Shown: positions 1 through 11,165 of the stretch, one piece after another
Numbering within the stretch: position 1 is the stretch's first letter
Layout: every line of letters begins with the position of its first letter
The notes under the pieces: model-generated
What the model was told of the DNA's origin: nothing
What the model saw: only the letters and a program-made list of their open reading frames with translations
Databases searched by the model: none
Position numbers and translations under genes: made by a program
Source: Rhodosorus marinus CCMP1338
Lineage: Eukaryota > Plantae > Rhodophyta
Reading direction: 5' to 3'
Length of the DNA stretch: 64,000 nt
Assembly (NCBI GenBank): GCA_029953675.1
Contig: JAMWBK010000001.1
Span: 2,356,001 to 2,420,000, forward strand

Positions 1-564
1 AAATTCTCCTGGTTTTTATTATGTTATGAGAAGGTCTAGTATGTTTTGAGTTTATTTTTGATCGTAGGGGCTCCCGTTCTGATTGAACTTAGTGCAGCCC
101 AAACCACTTGGCTGTTGATGGCATTTTTCTTGCGTCAGTGGACTTCTGCTGTGAAGGCTCTCTACTGTCTGATTCTCAGCATCTGAAGACAAGTATTGTA
201 CTCCTTGACTGGAGGATGCATACGAATGGCGAACAACCAGCAAAACATCACAGCAATACCAAAGTTGGAATCTTTCCTTCGCAGAACAGTCCCGATGCGG
301 GTTTGGCGGGGGGAGCCCAACTTCCATGAGCATACATTGAACAGCTCTAGCGGAGGCCGCTTTATGATTGCGTTAAGGGTGGGCAATATTTTCAGCGCAA
401 TTGTGGTGATTAAAAAAAGAAACAAATCAGAACTTAGTCTCCGAAGTCAGTCCAGTCTACTCGCTTTCGGGCGGAGCCCAATCTGACGAGCCGTTTAGCA
501 GTTGTCATGGACACTGCGGCATGCAGATCCCAACGACCACTGACTACCTGACTGCCCAAAAGGG

Positions 565-572
565 TATTTAAA
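565..572 (+). promoter_or_regulatory. TATA-like box (TATTTAAA) upstream of INWD protein gene 1
   Basis: About 80 bp upstream of ATG 648; similar placement is seen for other genes in the window. Confidence 0.4.
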
Positions 573-647
573 GTGGCTTAGTGGAAATGTGTGCGGTTCG
601 GGTCGGGAAGGAAACGACAGCTTTAGGTATTGGTACAGCTGGGAAAG

Positions 648-1478
648 ATGAGGGTTTGTGGAATTGTTTCAGCGGCAATTGTCGCAGTGATTATTGCAAG
701 TGTTACTGCAGATCACCACGGCAACTGCACGTTTTTGGATGATGTTCACTTCAAGTCGATCACCCATGGCCGTGGGAAGAGTGCTGGGGATTTAATCTAC
801 TCGCTGGAGTTCTTTAGGAGTCTCCTTGGATCTCCAAACAACGGGAGTAGGAAGGGTCCAAAGTCAAAGGGCCACCGGTGGATCAACTGGGACGCTGAAG
901 AGGTGCCGTTCAAGCTTCCGTACGACTACTTTAACTCCATCAGCCGACGGGGCCTAATTCTTGAGAGCAGGAAGAACAAGTTCCGAGTCAGCAGCCCCCC
1001 AGCGGTGCCTGGTGGAACAAAGGACAAGAGGTTCTCATCGATCAACCAGAAGGAATCAAAGAACTTCAAGACCTTCACGCGGAAGAGACTGTTCACTCCT
1101 GTCAAGGATAATGAGTTTGAGATAAAATTCAACATCCCCGGACGGAGCCAGCGCGCCGTTGTGCAGGGCTTTGGAGCCGTTTTCGTTGGTGTCGACGTAC
1201 CCGGGGTCACAAGGATGGTCGCGTACGACCGAGGGGGATGTATCTTGGCCGATAAATACGTTGAAACGTACCCGAATGGACTCTCCTTCCTCGGTTTTTA
1301 CTTTGACTCACCGATCATATGGAGCGTGAAGATTAGACTTGGAAACAAGGCAATTGATAAGTCCAAGTGCGGCCTCTCGTGCGGTGAAGACGTTGTAGTG
1401 ATGGACGACTTTCTATACGCCGAACCTATGGACCGCAGATATGGAGTACCAGGAGTTCGGGACAGGGACAGCGTGTAG
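648..1478 (+). CDS. Secreted protein of bacterial-like 'INWD...RLFT...GFGAVF...GLSFLG...VVVMDDF.Y.EP' family, paralogue 1 (276 aa)
   Basis: Intronless ORF. ATG 648 starts a hydrophobic signal peptide (the track start at 630 is a TTG). It aligns end to end with ORFs at 54668 and 57621. The motif order resembles a domain I recall from bacterial PEP-CTERM proteins. Confidence 0.9.
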   Translation: MRVCGIVSAAIVAVIIASVTADHHGNCTFLDDVHFKSITHGRGKSAGDLIYSLEFFRSLLGSPNNGSRKGPKSKGHRWINWDAEEVPFKLPYDYFNSISRRGLILESRKNKFRVSSPPAVPGGTKDKRFSSINQKESKNFKTFTRKRLFTPVKDNEFEIKFNIPGRSQRAVVQGFGAVFVGVDVPGVTRMVAYDRGGCILADKYVETYPNGLSFLGFYFDSPIIWSVKIRLGNKAIDKSKCGLSCGEDVVVMDDFLYAEPMDRRYGVPGVRDRDSV

Positions 1479-2699
1479 AAAACTAGCACAGGGAGAAATA
1501 GTAGTAAAGGAACTTTCATACGGAAAACTTCGTCTTAATTGAGTCTTGGTCGGGTCCTGCACCGTTCCAAGCATCGCATCTTCGATTGATTTCCACGATC
1601 TGTGAACAAAGGCCTAGTCAGGCGGCCTTGGAAAAGGGAGAGCGTCGATTTTCCTTGGAATGGAGATCGTGATTCGCTTGAACCCATTCCTGGGAGAGCC
1701 CGCCCCTGGGAGAATTGCCATTTGTTCGATATCGTCGGAAGGAAGCGAGGAGAAAGCCTCCGAGGGGAGAAAGCAGAGGACGTCCACAATTGACAGGCAG
1801 GGAGTGAAATCGTATTCCAGAGATGTCAAAGATTCAGCGATGGAGATGGAGCTGTGGAAAGACAGGAGATATGTCAAAGTGGTTCTAGTTTCTGGAGCGC
1901 TTGGTGTACAAGCGGAACCTCTCAACTATTGTCGATTGAATTAGCATATTCAATCTAGGGTATTTATTTTCATTCCACCTAGGAATTCAGTCGAACGGTC
2001 CTGCTCTACGCCCGGTTCAATCTTGGGGGTTCGTATCCGAAGCTCTTTCAGATTCAGGACCACCGATTGACAAGAATTCAATGAACGCCTTTGCAGAGCA
2101 GAACACATAAAGGAGAAACTATGGGGCCTTGATTTCATTGAAAACAGATTCATGAGGACAGCGAACATTTGTTCAGGGAGATCGATCAATCTTCATATAT
2201 GATCTCTTCCTGAGATGATCTGGAAAAGTCTACGTCAGCATTGCTGTCACTGGGCCCTCATTCTTAACGATCAAGCCGTGCACAAAACTGCACCTTAGCG
2301 TTGACCATATCGAGCTCTTGGCACCACTGAAAGAGGAAAGCGGCCTTACTGATGCCATCGATGCATCTTACATCGGAGACGAAGTCCCATCACAATAGAC
2401 CATGTTGCTTTGGTCCGCGTACCCGTCACCTCTGTTACCTCCTGCAAAGACATTGCGAAGTCGCATTCCTGGTAGTCCCTCAAGGTAGGCAACGTGCCCA
2501 CACCTGGTGGTAAAAAAGCCCTCCACGCACAACTCGTGAAGTCTTGCTTTTAGCGAACACCCCCCAACTCTGAATCCTCTGCAAAAACATCGAAGATCCT
2601 GACGCCGCGTACGGATTCTGTGTCCTGTTGGATATTCGTGATACGCCTTTAGATTTCTCGCAGGGGTGGTCTTAAACCCGTCTCTTTTATTAAGTATTA

Positions 2700-3040
2700 C
2701 GACTCTCCACTCACACCTCCCGCGACCGCGACTCGTCTACGCGGGGTGGGAGGTCGTCTATCTCACCTGTGATTAACCACTCTAACGTCGTCACTGGGCC
2801 AACTTATGGACGCCTTCCAGTTCCGGACTGCCGCCAGGATCTACCTGGGTTTGCACAGGCCCCTTGGCACTCTAATCGCCCTTCCTTCTCCCAAGGCTGA
2901 GGGAGTCGTATTGACGGTTGTGATTACCAATTTCTGGGCTCGTGTGGACTATTGACAGGTATCGTACGAAACGACGCACCTGTGAAGCACATCCAGAGCG
3001 AATATTTGAACAGGGTTGGCCACGCGGTTGAGGTTCAATA
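2700..3040 (+). mobile_element. Degenerate internal fragment of a family-B-like retrotransposon
   Basis: Diverged match to 43160-43500 (SPLTPPATATRLRG...AFQFRTAARIYLG...VEV). Confidence 0.75.
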
Positions 3041-3523
3041 GGAACTGCCCCGATCAGCCTCGGCCACCTGGAAACGCTTTTTTTATATCCTCGCCACCTG
3101 CGAAGTATTTTAATCCTTCGAAGACGAGAGTGCCTCCTCCATCCGCGTCGGCAACTGTTGCTGAAGATCAGTTGAACACGGCATATGCGCTCTTCTGCTG
3201 GAGAAACCTTTTGGAGGGGGGGGGGGGTGCGTGGGTGCTAAGTAGACAGATTGGGCATGTGAAGGCTCTAAAATACACAGCAGTCCCACCCAAAGGACAA
3301 GAGCTACCTTTTCCCTACTTGTATGAAGATATCTTGTGTCATCAATCCCCGCGCCGAACTTCGTCGGCCCTCCATTTCAAACATCTCTCGGTGGCTCAGG
3401 ACCAAAACCACCAATTCCTTCACACACACACAGAATTGGGAGAAACATCTACCTCCCTCAGAATCTATCCATTCCTTCTCCTGCCGCCCCTCGGGGATTC
3501 CCCCCCCCCAGACCTTGAATACG

Positions 3524-3836
3524 GCATGAGACGCCGCAAAGAGATCAAATACGCGGGGGCTTTGTCTTCCCCTGGTGTTCGTGCTTCGGCACTAGCACAT
3601 CGCTTGGTACCCCTGATCATTGAGTGCTTTGGGTTCATGGACTCTGTTGGTTCTCGCTGGCTTCGGGAGTTGTTCCGCGAACGCCCTGACCGTCTTCAAT
3701 CGTTGTTTACCCGCTTAAGTTTCCTGCTGTGGCGCATGAATGCCGCTTTGATGTTGGAGGCGCGAGTACTTCGCCGCGCTTAGTCTTTTTTTCCCCTCGG
3801 GGTTTTTTTTCAGCCTCCGATTAAACCATTCGTTCG
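3524..3836 (+). mobile_element. Family A 5'-truncated copy (RLE C-terminus, 3'UTR, TTCG tail)
   Basis: Nearly identical to 19028-19340. Track ORF 3016-3783 is a chimera ending in this fragment. Confidence 0.95.
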
Positions 3837-3952
3837 AATATGGACCCGGGTCTCCAAAATTGATTGATTATCTCAGTTGCCGACATTAGTTTCACAAGAA
3901 AAAACTGAAAGTGACTGCACCTTCATGACATGCAAGTTGAGCCTCAACTTTT

Positions 3953-4284
3953 GTGAGGGCCGACATTTCTGTTCGTCATCATCGTACCGGTAAGCAGCAT
4001 GTTCTTGATGTCAAGGTAGAGTCCCCGTTAAGAGCCCATCTAGTCGCTGGTGGCGCCTGTCAAACTGGATATGCTCTAGCCAACGTTTGCCACCACAGAA
4101 ACGAGCTAAATATCGTGATGTCATCCGTGATCAAAATGACTTTCAATTTGTATTTTTCGCGGTCGAAGGGTTTGGACGACTTGGTCAAGCCGCAAAAGAT
4201 TTCCTCAAAGAAGCTACGGAACCTCTCGAACTCGAAGCGGCCGCGCAAGTGCTCGTGCAAGTGGATCTCAATCGAGAACTCTGA
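3953..4284 (+). mobile_element. Frameshifted RLE-domain fragment of a third CRE-like family
   Basis: RADISV...VLDVKV...KRAKY...FVFFAVEGFGRLG over two frames; same motif order as the A/B endonuclease but a different sequence. Confidence 0.65.
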
Positions 4285-4419
4285 CCATGGTACGGCTCGC
4301 TTGGCGATCCATTCCATGCGTAAAGATGATAACGTTCGGACGCTGTTTCCTGTCCCCCCCCGTAACCACCAGTTCAGTCGATAAAAAGACCTTGATGGTT
4401 GCTAGCCTTTTCGATTGAC

Positions 4420-4660
4420 CCGTGGATGTCCCAGATCTGGAATTATACCAGACCCCTCTGAATACGGAAGGCATTTTTGCGCGGAGCTTCAGGGGAGCAT
4501 TCGATAGGTGCATATGTGCAGCGATGAGCTAGAGCGGAAGCACGAATGGCTGGGGGAGAGAAAGCCCCCGCCATATTTCAACTCTTTGAGTCTCATACTG
4601 GCAGCGGCAAGTCCACGGCGCTCTCCGGCAGCCGGCAAAAAACGACTGGCGTGCACTACG
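4420..4660 (-). mobile_element. Degenerate family-A-like RLE fragment
   Basis: ASRFLPAAGERRGLAAASMRLKELKYGG matches A residues ASRYLPAAGERRGSAAASMRRRKEIKYAG. Confidence 0.8.
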
Positions 4661-4825
4661 GCAGGATTCAACTACCGTTTATTACCGGCACAAACACCGC
4701 TGTTTTATATATATATATATGTTATAGAAGAACAGAACTTAAGATTTATTCTCATTATATAGGCAATAACAACACTTGAATTAGCTTTCCATACTGTGAA
4801 TATGCAGATCGACATGATCATGAGA

Positions 4826-6298
4826 TCATCTGGACAATGCTACGATCTGTTTAATATCACCCCACAGACCCAAGGGAAGGGCAATGCATCCAACCACTAT
4901 CAGCAACACGCTTATGGCGGATAACAGGTGCTCCTTGCCCTCTCGCTTCTTCAGGAAGACTTTAAGGTCCAGTATTCCCGGCCAAATGAAGCAGGTCTGC
5001 GACGCGAGGATGGACGAAACGAACCCGAGGTACGTCTGGAAAGACGGAATCGCCACGTTGACCAGGACAACGAAGGACATTGTAGTCGAAGTCCACAACA
5101 ACCACCATAGCATTGCTGCGGGCTTCAGCACAGTCAGGGGCGCCACTTTGTAAGGAGCGTTCTTCTTGCCGAAGATGAGCCTCTTGAAACTGGGCTCAAT
5201 AGCTCGCTGTGCAGCATACGTGAAAATATTTCCCGAAAGAAGGATTCCAATGGACGCATGGATGATGATGCAAACCATGCTCACCGTCTTCGCCGTACCA
5301 GGTTGAAGCGAGTCGATGTAGGGCGATTGCAACCAGCTCGCATCTCCTGCCATGCCGTACACTACCGAACCCACTAGCGCGTATAGCACGCAGCATGTCG
5401 ACTGCGACAGGACAAGAGAGTACTTGAATCGCTCCACATACTTCATCGAGCTCATAATCTCGAGGAACATCACAATTCCCGAATACGCGTACACAATGTC
5501 CATCGCTGCAACCATACAGTCGCTCAGCTTGTACTCTGAGAAAAGCACGTGGTTTCCGATTGGGTACAGATCCGGATTCCTCACCATGTTTCCAATCACG
5601 ACGAACGAAATGAAAATCGGTATTATGATGGTCAATATAGCTACGACCGACGTCAACGCCATAGCCTTGAAGCTCCTCGCCTGTAGAACCAGCAGCGAAA
5701 CCGCGCCAGCGACCACCATCCATTCCTGAAGGCTCAAACTTGACCCGGCAAAAAGCGAGTTCCATGCCGACGACTGCGTGTAGTTGAATGCAGAAGTCAG
5801 GAGGAACATAAGCGGGTAGGTATTGCACCTTGCAAAAACTAGTCCTTTCTTCCCGAAAACTCCCAAAAACAGCTGTGGGTAACTCGTCGCGGAAGCTACG
5901 TACTTGGTTCGTAGCCGGTGCAAAACTAGACCCGCACAAATTGTAAGCACCGCGCAGAGCACGTTGATCAGATGCGCAGGGATCCATCCCAGCGTCGCGA
6001 AAGAATTGGGAAACGATAGGACCCCGTTTCCCACCATGTCCACTACGAGCAGGAAAAACGCAAGGAGAATGGTTAAGTTCTCTGCGTGTCCGCCTTCCCT
6101 GTCCTCCGCATCCCCTTTCTTCTCATCTGCTTCTATGTCAGAATGCCCACTCATGTCTGAACTGATAATTGCGCTGTCATCCACGTTCGAGTCCGACTCT
6201 GCGACGCATTTCTTCGGCTCCTCATTGCCTTCAGTTGAGGCCTGGACGACAGCAGCCTCCCCCATAGTTGATGTTTCTACCACACACGAATCCGCCAT
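4826..6298 (-). CDS. Amino-acid transporter, AAAP/Aa_trans-like (490 aa)
   Basis: Intronless ORF with about 11 hydrophobic segments, an acidic N-tail and the motif VDMVGNGVLSFPNSFATLGW; first ATG at 6298. Confidence 0.9.
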   Translation of the reverse strand: MADSCVVETSTMGEAAVVQASTEGNEEPKKCVAESDSNVDDSAIISSDMSGHSDIEADEKKGDAEDREGGHAENLTILLAFFLLVVDMVGNGVLSFPNSFATLGWIPAHLINVLCAVLTICAGLVLHRLRTKYVASATSYPQLFLGVFGKKGLVFARCNTYPLMFLLTSAFNYTQSSAWNSLFAGSSLSLQEWMVVAGAVSLLVLQARSFKAMALTSVVAILTIIIPIFISFVVIGNMVRNPDLYPIGNHVLFSEYKLSDCMVAAMDIVYAYSGIVMFLEIMSSMKYVERFKYSLVLSQSTCCVLYALVGSVVYGMAGDASWLQSPYIDSLQPGTAKTVSMVCIIIHASIGILLSGNIFTYAAQRAIEPSFKRLIFGKKNAPYKVAPLTVLKPAAMLWWLLWTSTTMSFVVLVNVAIPSFQTYLGFVSSILASQTCFIWPGILDLKVFLKKREGKEHLLSAISVLLIVVGCIALPLGLWGDIKQIVALSR

Positions 6299-6423
6299 AC
6301 TTGCAAATCTCTCCAACAACGAACTCCGTCAATCTTCTGTTTAAAGTACTTCAGAAATGAATACTGCACTAGGTATTGTTAATACTTCTGCCTTCCCAAC
6401 TGTCAAATGTCCGACGTGGATCC

Positions 6424-6431
6424 TTTTTATA
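6424..6431 (-). promoter_or_regulatory. TATA box (TATAAAAA) of the transporter gene
   Basis: About 126 bp upstream of ATG 6298. Confidence 0.45.
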
Positions 6432-7879
6432 TTGTCCACATCTTCACAAGCACACAAAGTCCACTTACAAGAGCAAAGTGAACACACCATTCAAATGATC
6501 ACAACGGCTGACAGCGTCTAGCAGTGACCAGCGCACACCGCATTAATAGAAAACAGCCGTTGACCGCTCCTCATCTCAGATGATCTAAGCAGGAATCCCA
6601 AACCTTTTTGTCTACCATCACAAAAGTCCGCTCTCGCTGGATAATCTCCCCCTCCATCCTCCAATAGACGCTTGCAGGATGTGAATAGAGAAGAAAAATC
6701 AACTACAACAAGGGGCAAAGTGTCAGATCGCCGCACGGCGGAAATGGACCCATCCCCAACCCCTAGAACTGACTCCGCCAATGTTCACGTCACTTCGTCC
6801 GTGAATAGATCGACGGGCATCCTGTGAAAATATGACCCCATTAATCGGTCAGTTGACACAGAACTAGCGCACACATGTCCGGAACTCCCGACACAAGTGA
6901 AGGACATTTTCATCCATAAATAGATAGCCTCTAAAACATAACTCGATTAGAGCGGTTCTTAGAACAAGCAAGAATCTAGCATGCCATCTCCTGAACTCCT
7001 GTGCCCCAAGAACGAGACAATTTCCTCTATAAATAGATTGTGCAAGAGTGTCCAGGAACCCCCCCCCAAAGTTTTAACTATAACATAATCAGGTTGTTGA
7101 TTAGTAGTAGTGAGATTGCACCAAAGAAAAGGGGACCTTTTTTTTGGAAATCGCTCTTCCCACGGCTTTTTTTGCGGTTGGGTTGGCAAAGTAATCAAAA
7201 AATATTTGCGATAGACGATTTCCATGGGTTTCGGCTTAAGACCTAAAATAATCAGAGCTCTCGACAACGTTTCCGATGTCAAGGCAATGTCAGGGCCAAC
7301 TAACTCGATTCGAGGTCGTCATCCGGTTTTACCGATATGATCAGAAAATCACCATGTTGACCATAATTAATGAGTAATATTGAAAACATATACACCAATA
7401 ATAGTGATTTAATTCTTTAGGGGATCATGAATGGTAGCTCTCGAAAATAATCATCTTCTATTGGCCATATATATGTATTTATTTTTTGTGCGCGTTCTCG
7501 AAGAACATGCTATGGTATATCTAGTAGGGTTATACCGATAGAAAGAGAAACTACACACCCGCCATCCGTCAATTACCGGAAATAAACCAGGAAATATACT
7601 CCCAGCGGGCAAACGTGGAATCGCGCTGGTAAAGCAAAAAAAAACCCCAGACAAAACCCCAATTCAGAAAATTGAATTGCGTTTATAAAAAAGAATTGTT
7701 TTCCCTCGACCACCAAATTCATTCAATAAACAGTATTTGAAAGCTGCCGTTGGAGAAATTGCAAAAGGAAAAATCAGTCAATATCGCAGCAATCAGCTAT
7801 AATCAATCAATATTCCAAACGTTTTCTGTCGTTGTTTGGGCCATCGGAGTGTTGCTTTGGCTGGAACCACAAAATCTTC

Positions 7880-8090
7880 CAAACTTCCGAAGAAAAAAGG
7901 TGGACATTCGCTACCATTGGAAGCTTGGAAAGCTCGAAGAAAAAAGGGTGGACTTTCGCTGCTGTAAATCAAGTTGATTTTTGGAAGCATAAAAAAGGTG
8001 GACACTCAGTACCATTGGAAGCCTTGAAACTTCGGAGGAAAAAAGGTGGACTTTCGGTGCTGTACATGGAGTTGATTTTCGGTACCATTG
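7880..8090. repeat. Degenerate 2 x ~105 bp direct repeat containing four AAAAAAGG(G)TGGAC motifs
   Basis: aaaaaaggtggacattcgctaccattggaagc versus aaaaaaggtggacactcagtaccattggaagc. Confidence 0.7.
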
Positions 8091-8096
8091 AAGGAA

Positions 8097-8265
8097 TTTG
8101 TTTAATCGGAGGCTGAAGAAGACCCAGAGAGGAACAAAGAAGACTAGCGCGGCGAAAATCCCGCGCCTCCAACCTCAGAGCAGCATTCATACGCCACAGC
8201 AAGAACCTTAAACGGGTAAACAACGAGGACAGACGGGTTAGGGCGCTCGCGGAGCACTTCCCGAA
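8097..8265 (-). mobile_element. Family-A-like 3' fragment
   Basis: FTRLRFLLWRMNAALRLEARDFRRA followed by ...cagcctccgattaaac. Confidence 0.85.
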
Positions 8266-8499
8266 AGGTACTATTACGGTGGTCGGTAATTGGCAGTAAT
8301 TCTCTGTGTTTATAGTTTTCTGGCCGGTGTTCAGTTTGCACGGTTTTTTGAGTCCTTGGTGATAAAACTGGATGTTCGTTCACGGGCTTCTTACCCCAAT
8401 ACATTCACACACTGCAAATCCATTTCCAATCATCTCTCCATTAGGCGGCCCTCGACGATTAACTTTTGAGGCGGTGAGACTGTCCTTGGCATTAGCTAT

Positions 8500-8676
8500 C
8501 CCCGAAGACCATATAGCAGCATGCTTGCCGAGGCGCGGCATCGGCGCTTCGGTTTGCATGTTTCTATCCCGACTTCCTAGTTCCAGTCCACGCCTTTCAT
8601 AGCGCTTCAGGCTCTGCTAGTAAAAGCCAGCGAATCGTAGCGCTTCAGGCTATGCTAATAAAGCCAGTAAAAGCCA
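8500..8676 (+). mobile_element. B-like 3' fragment with a 36-nt second 3' end nested in its tail
   Basis: SMLAEARHRRFGLH plus 3'UTR; AGTAAAAGCCA at 8619-8629 and 8666-8676 flanks a second gtagcgcttcaggctatgctaataaagcc. Confidence 0.85.
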
Positions 8677-8829
8677 ATTGGATCTGGAAGTCTTCCACTT
8701 GGACGTGAGAGCAGCGTATCTTCGTGGTGAACTGCAGGCAGAGAACATGAACCAAGGACATAGTACTTGGACAAGAAGTGAGAGTTTTGTAACCGTCTCG
8801 ATGTCGATGACTTGCAACGACAGATTGTG

Positions 8830-9035
8830 AGCGCTATTGTAGCGTTGCAAAACAGCTTGGCTTGGGCTTGCACCTTGTTGCCTATGGCCAACTTCTGGCG
8901 CAAATGGTCTCCTTTCGGAGTGACTGCGCTCGCTTGCAGAGTTTGGGAGGCTGCCACAGCTCTCGATGGCTCACCAACGTTTCTAAAGTGTCCGCCCCTC
9001 ACGCGCACGGATTTTGAAGTGAGCTCGGAAGTTCA
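8830..9035 (+). mobile_element. Degenerate family-A-like internal fragment
   Basis: Diverged match to 18440-18630 (ALQN.L.W.LH..AYG.LLAQMVS...RL.SLGG...PPLT..DFEV). Confidence 0.7.
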
Positions 9036-9135
9036 TGAAATTGCACCTTAAGGATATTTCCCGAAAAGGAAATGAAAACGGAGCATATGTCTTGACGCCA
9101 GCACAAGTCCAAGTCGGAACTCAGAGGGTTCACTC

Positions 9136-10285
9136 AACCCAAGTGCAGGGGTAGCAAACAACTCAAGTGCCCGATCGCCTCCAAGTGCCTTCGCAAGATC
9201 CATGGGACTAGAGGACCGACGAGATCATATGGACCAATGCTGATGAGATCATTTATGCTGGGACCCGTGATGCGTTGTTCACGGCTGGGTCAGATGGGTA
9301 CGCTGTGATAAACAGAGAGGAAGGTGAAGACGAGCTCAACGCAGGAAATGGTCGGGATTTTCTCTCTGGGGGATCAGGCGATGACCTATCATCGGGGGAA
9401 GGGTAGTGATGGAATGGAAGGCAACGAGGGAAACGACGTACTTTGCGGACTTAGCGGGAACGATGCAATGAACGGGAACGAAGGAGCCGACAACATATCG
9501 GTTGGAGACGGAAATGACAGAATCAAAACAGGCAAGGGCAAGGATGTTGTTCGTAGTGGTCAGGGCAAGGATGTTGTTCGTAGTGGTCAAGGCAAGGACA
9601 GGATGAAGACAACAACATTAGCAAGATCCGAGGGAATATTATTCGGGTTGCTACAGATTTTCGTGCCGGGAAGCTCAACGATCATTGCGGGAGAGGGCAA
9701 TGACAAGAAGGAAGTGTTCGGGGGTGACATAACCGTTAAGGGTGGCGATGGGGATCCCTTTTTTTCAGTGGTGGAGGAAACAAATATGGAAGTCCGTATC
9801 AATTCCATCGTCATCAATTTGCTCACGGTAGCGTTGTTATGGAAGATGGAGACGACCGTGTAGATACGGAGTATACTAGGGACCTCAGAGTGGTCACAGG
9901 TGACGGAGACGACAAACTACTACGCTTACGACTCTCAGCGGCGTACCTGGGGAATAGGATTGATGAAGCTGCGTTCATGGATATTCCAAATGCTTATTCC
10001 CTGGACAGCAAAATTGGGCGCTTGTTCCTCGGAAATGGAGATGATTATGCTAAAGTGCGCAAGACTCTGAAGGCGTGTGGCTATGGCGAGATGTTTTCTG
10101 GAGCAGGGGATGACAATTTGAAACCGATTCCAACGGGGACCTCGACGGTGAGCCTGGCGTGATAACTTTTATACCCTCCCCGATTGGAAAGACTTTTGAG
10201 TATGAGCGCAAATTTCCCGATAACCTTCTTGGAGAGCCAGGGGATGATTACCTCTACTTTGATTTCCAGTGCGATGAACAACCTT
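9136..10285 (+). pseudogene. RTX/hemolysin-type Ca-binding repeat protein, 5'-truncated pseudogene
   Basis: GGxGxDxL-type nonapeptides (GGSGDDL, GNEGNDVL, GDGNDRI, GQGKDVV) broken by frameshifts; paralogous to 19640-20775. Confidence 0.8.
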
Positions 10286-10652
10286 GTTGAAAGGGTATCT
10301 GTCAAACCAACATCAACATCGGCCTGGTATTGCTGTGATATTAGTTGATTTTCTCCGCAATCCTTGCAGTTCTTGCAGACTCGGCCCCTCGGGTTTGTAC
10401 CCTCAATTCCAGCCCGAATCGCATAATTGGTAATGGATTGAGACTCCCTCGCGCCGTGCCAAAACCGAGGTATTTCTCTGGTCAGACCCTCGATTCCGTT
10501 TGATTTAGAACACCTGGTTTTTTTTCATTATGGAGAGACCCTCGGTTCCGCTTACAGTAGGGAGAATTCAATTGCTTTTTTTTACCTCCTCAAACACCGC
10601 TTTTGTTTTATATAAAACAATCATTTTTCCGAATCGGTGTTTGTTTTGCTAC

Positions 10653-10874
10653 ATATCCTCGATTCCAGCTCGCATTCGCCGTATTTATTTTCAGGTTTAT
10701 TACTCGGTAATTGTAATTTTTACCGGCACTGTAGTACCTTCTTCGGGACAACCCTAAAAATAAATATCCTCGATTCCAGCTCGTATTCGGGGTATTTATT
10801 TTCAGGTTTACTACAAGGTAATTGTTATTTTTACCAGCACAGTAGCTCTTTCTTCGGGACAACCCTACAAATAA
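10653..10874. repeat. 2 x 111 bp tandem duplication
   Basis: atatcctcgattccagctcg at 10653 and 10764; related CCTCGATTCC motifs near 10400, 10488 and 10540. Confidence 0.85.
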
Positions 10875-11059
10875 ATTAGTTTCAAATTGTCATCCCCCGC
10901 TCCAGAAAACATTTCGACGTAGCCACACGCCTTCAGAGTGTTGCGCACATCTTATTTGTGTTCTCTGGCGCAATCTCAATGTCCAGCGGTAGAATTGCGT
11001 TGCTTTATTTTTTAACAGCTACTGGAGATCCTTTCGCCTCGCCAGTCTGGATCTACGAT

Positions 11060-11148
11060 ACTGCTCTATCCTCATCAGCCATCGACTATTATTGCTAGTT
11101 TCCTTTTACGTCTTGCGTAGCGCATCAGGCTACGTTTTAGTAAAACCA
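11060..11148 (+). mobile_element. Old B-like 3' end (tail AGTAAAACC), tail-to-tail with the next copy
   Basis: cttttacgtcttgcgtagcgcatcaggctacgttttagtaaaacc. Confidence 0.75.
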
Positions 11149-11165
11149 CAATTATGGACTTTACT

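Noticed and set aside
2220-2620. Copia-type RNase H remnant (..DASY..)
   Set aside because: Only a four-residue resemblance, with no supporting motifs.
3016-3783. 255-aa gene
   Set aside because: It is a chimeric ORF running from B-like debris through unrelated DNA into a family A 3' fragment.
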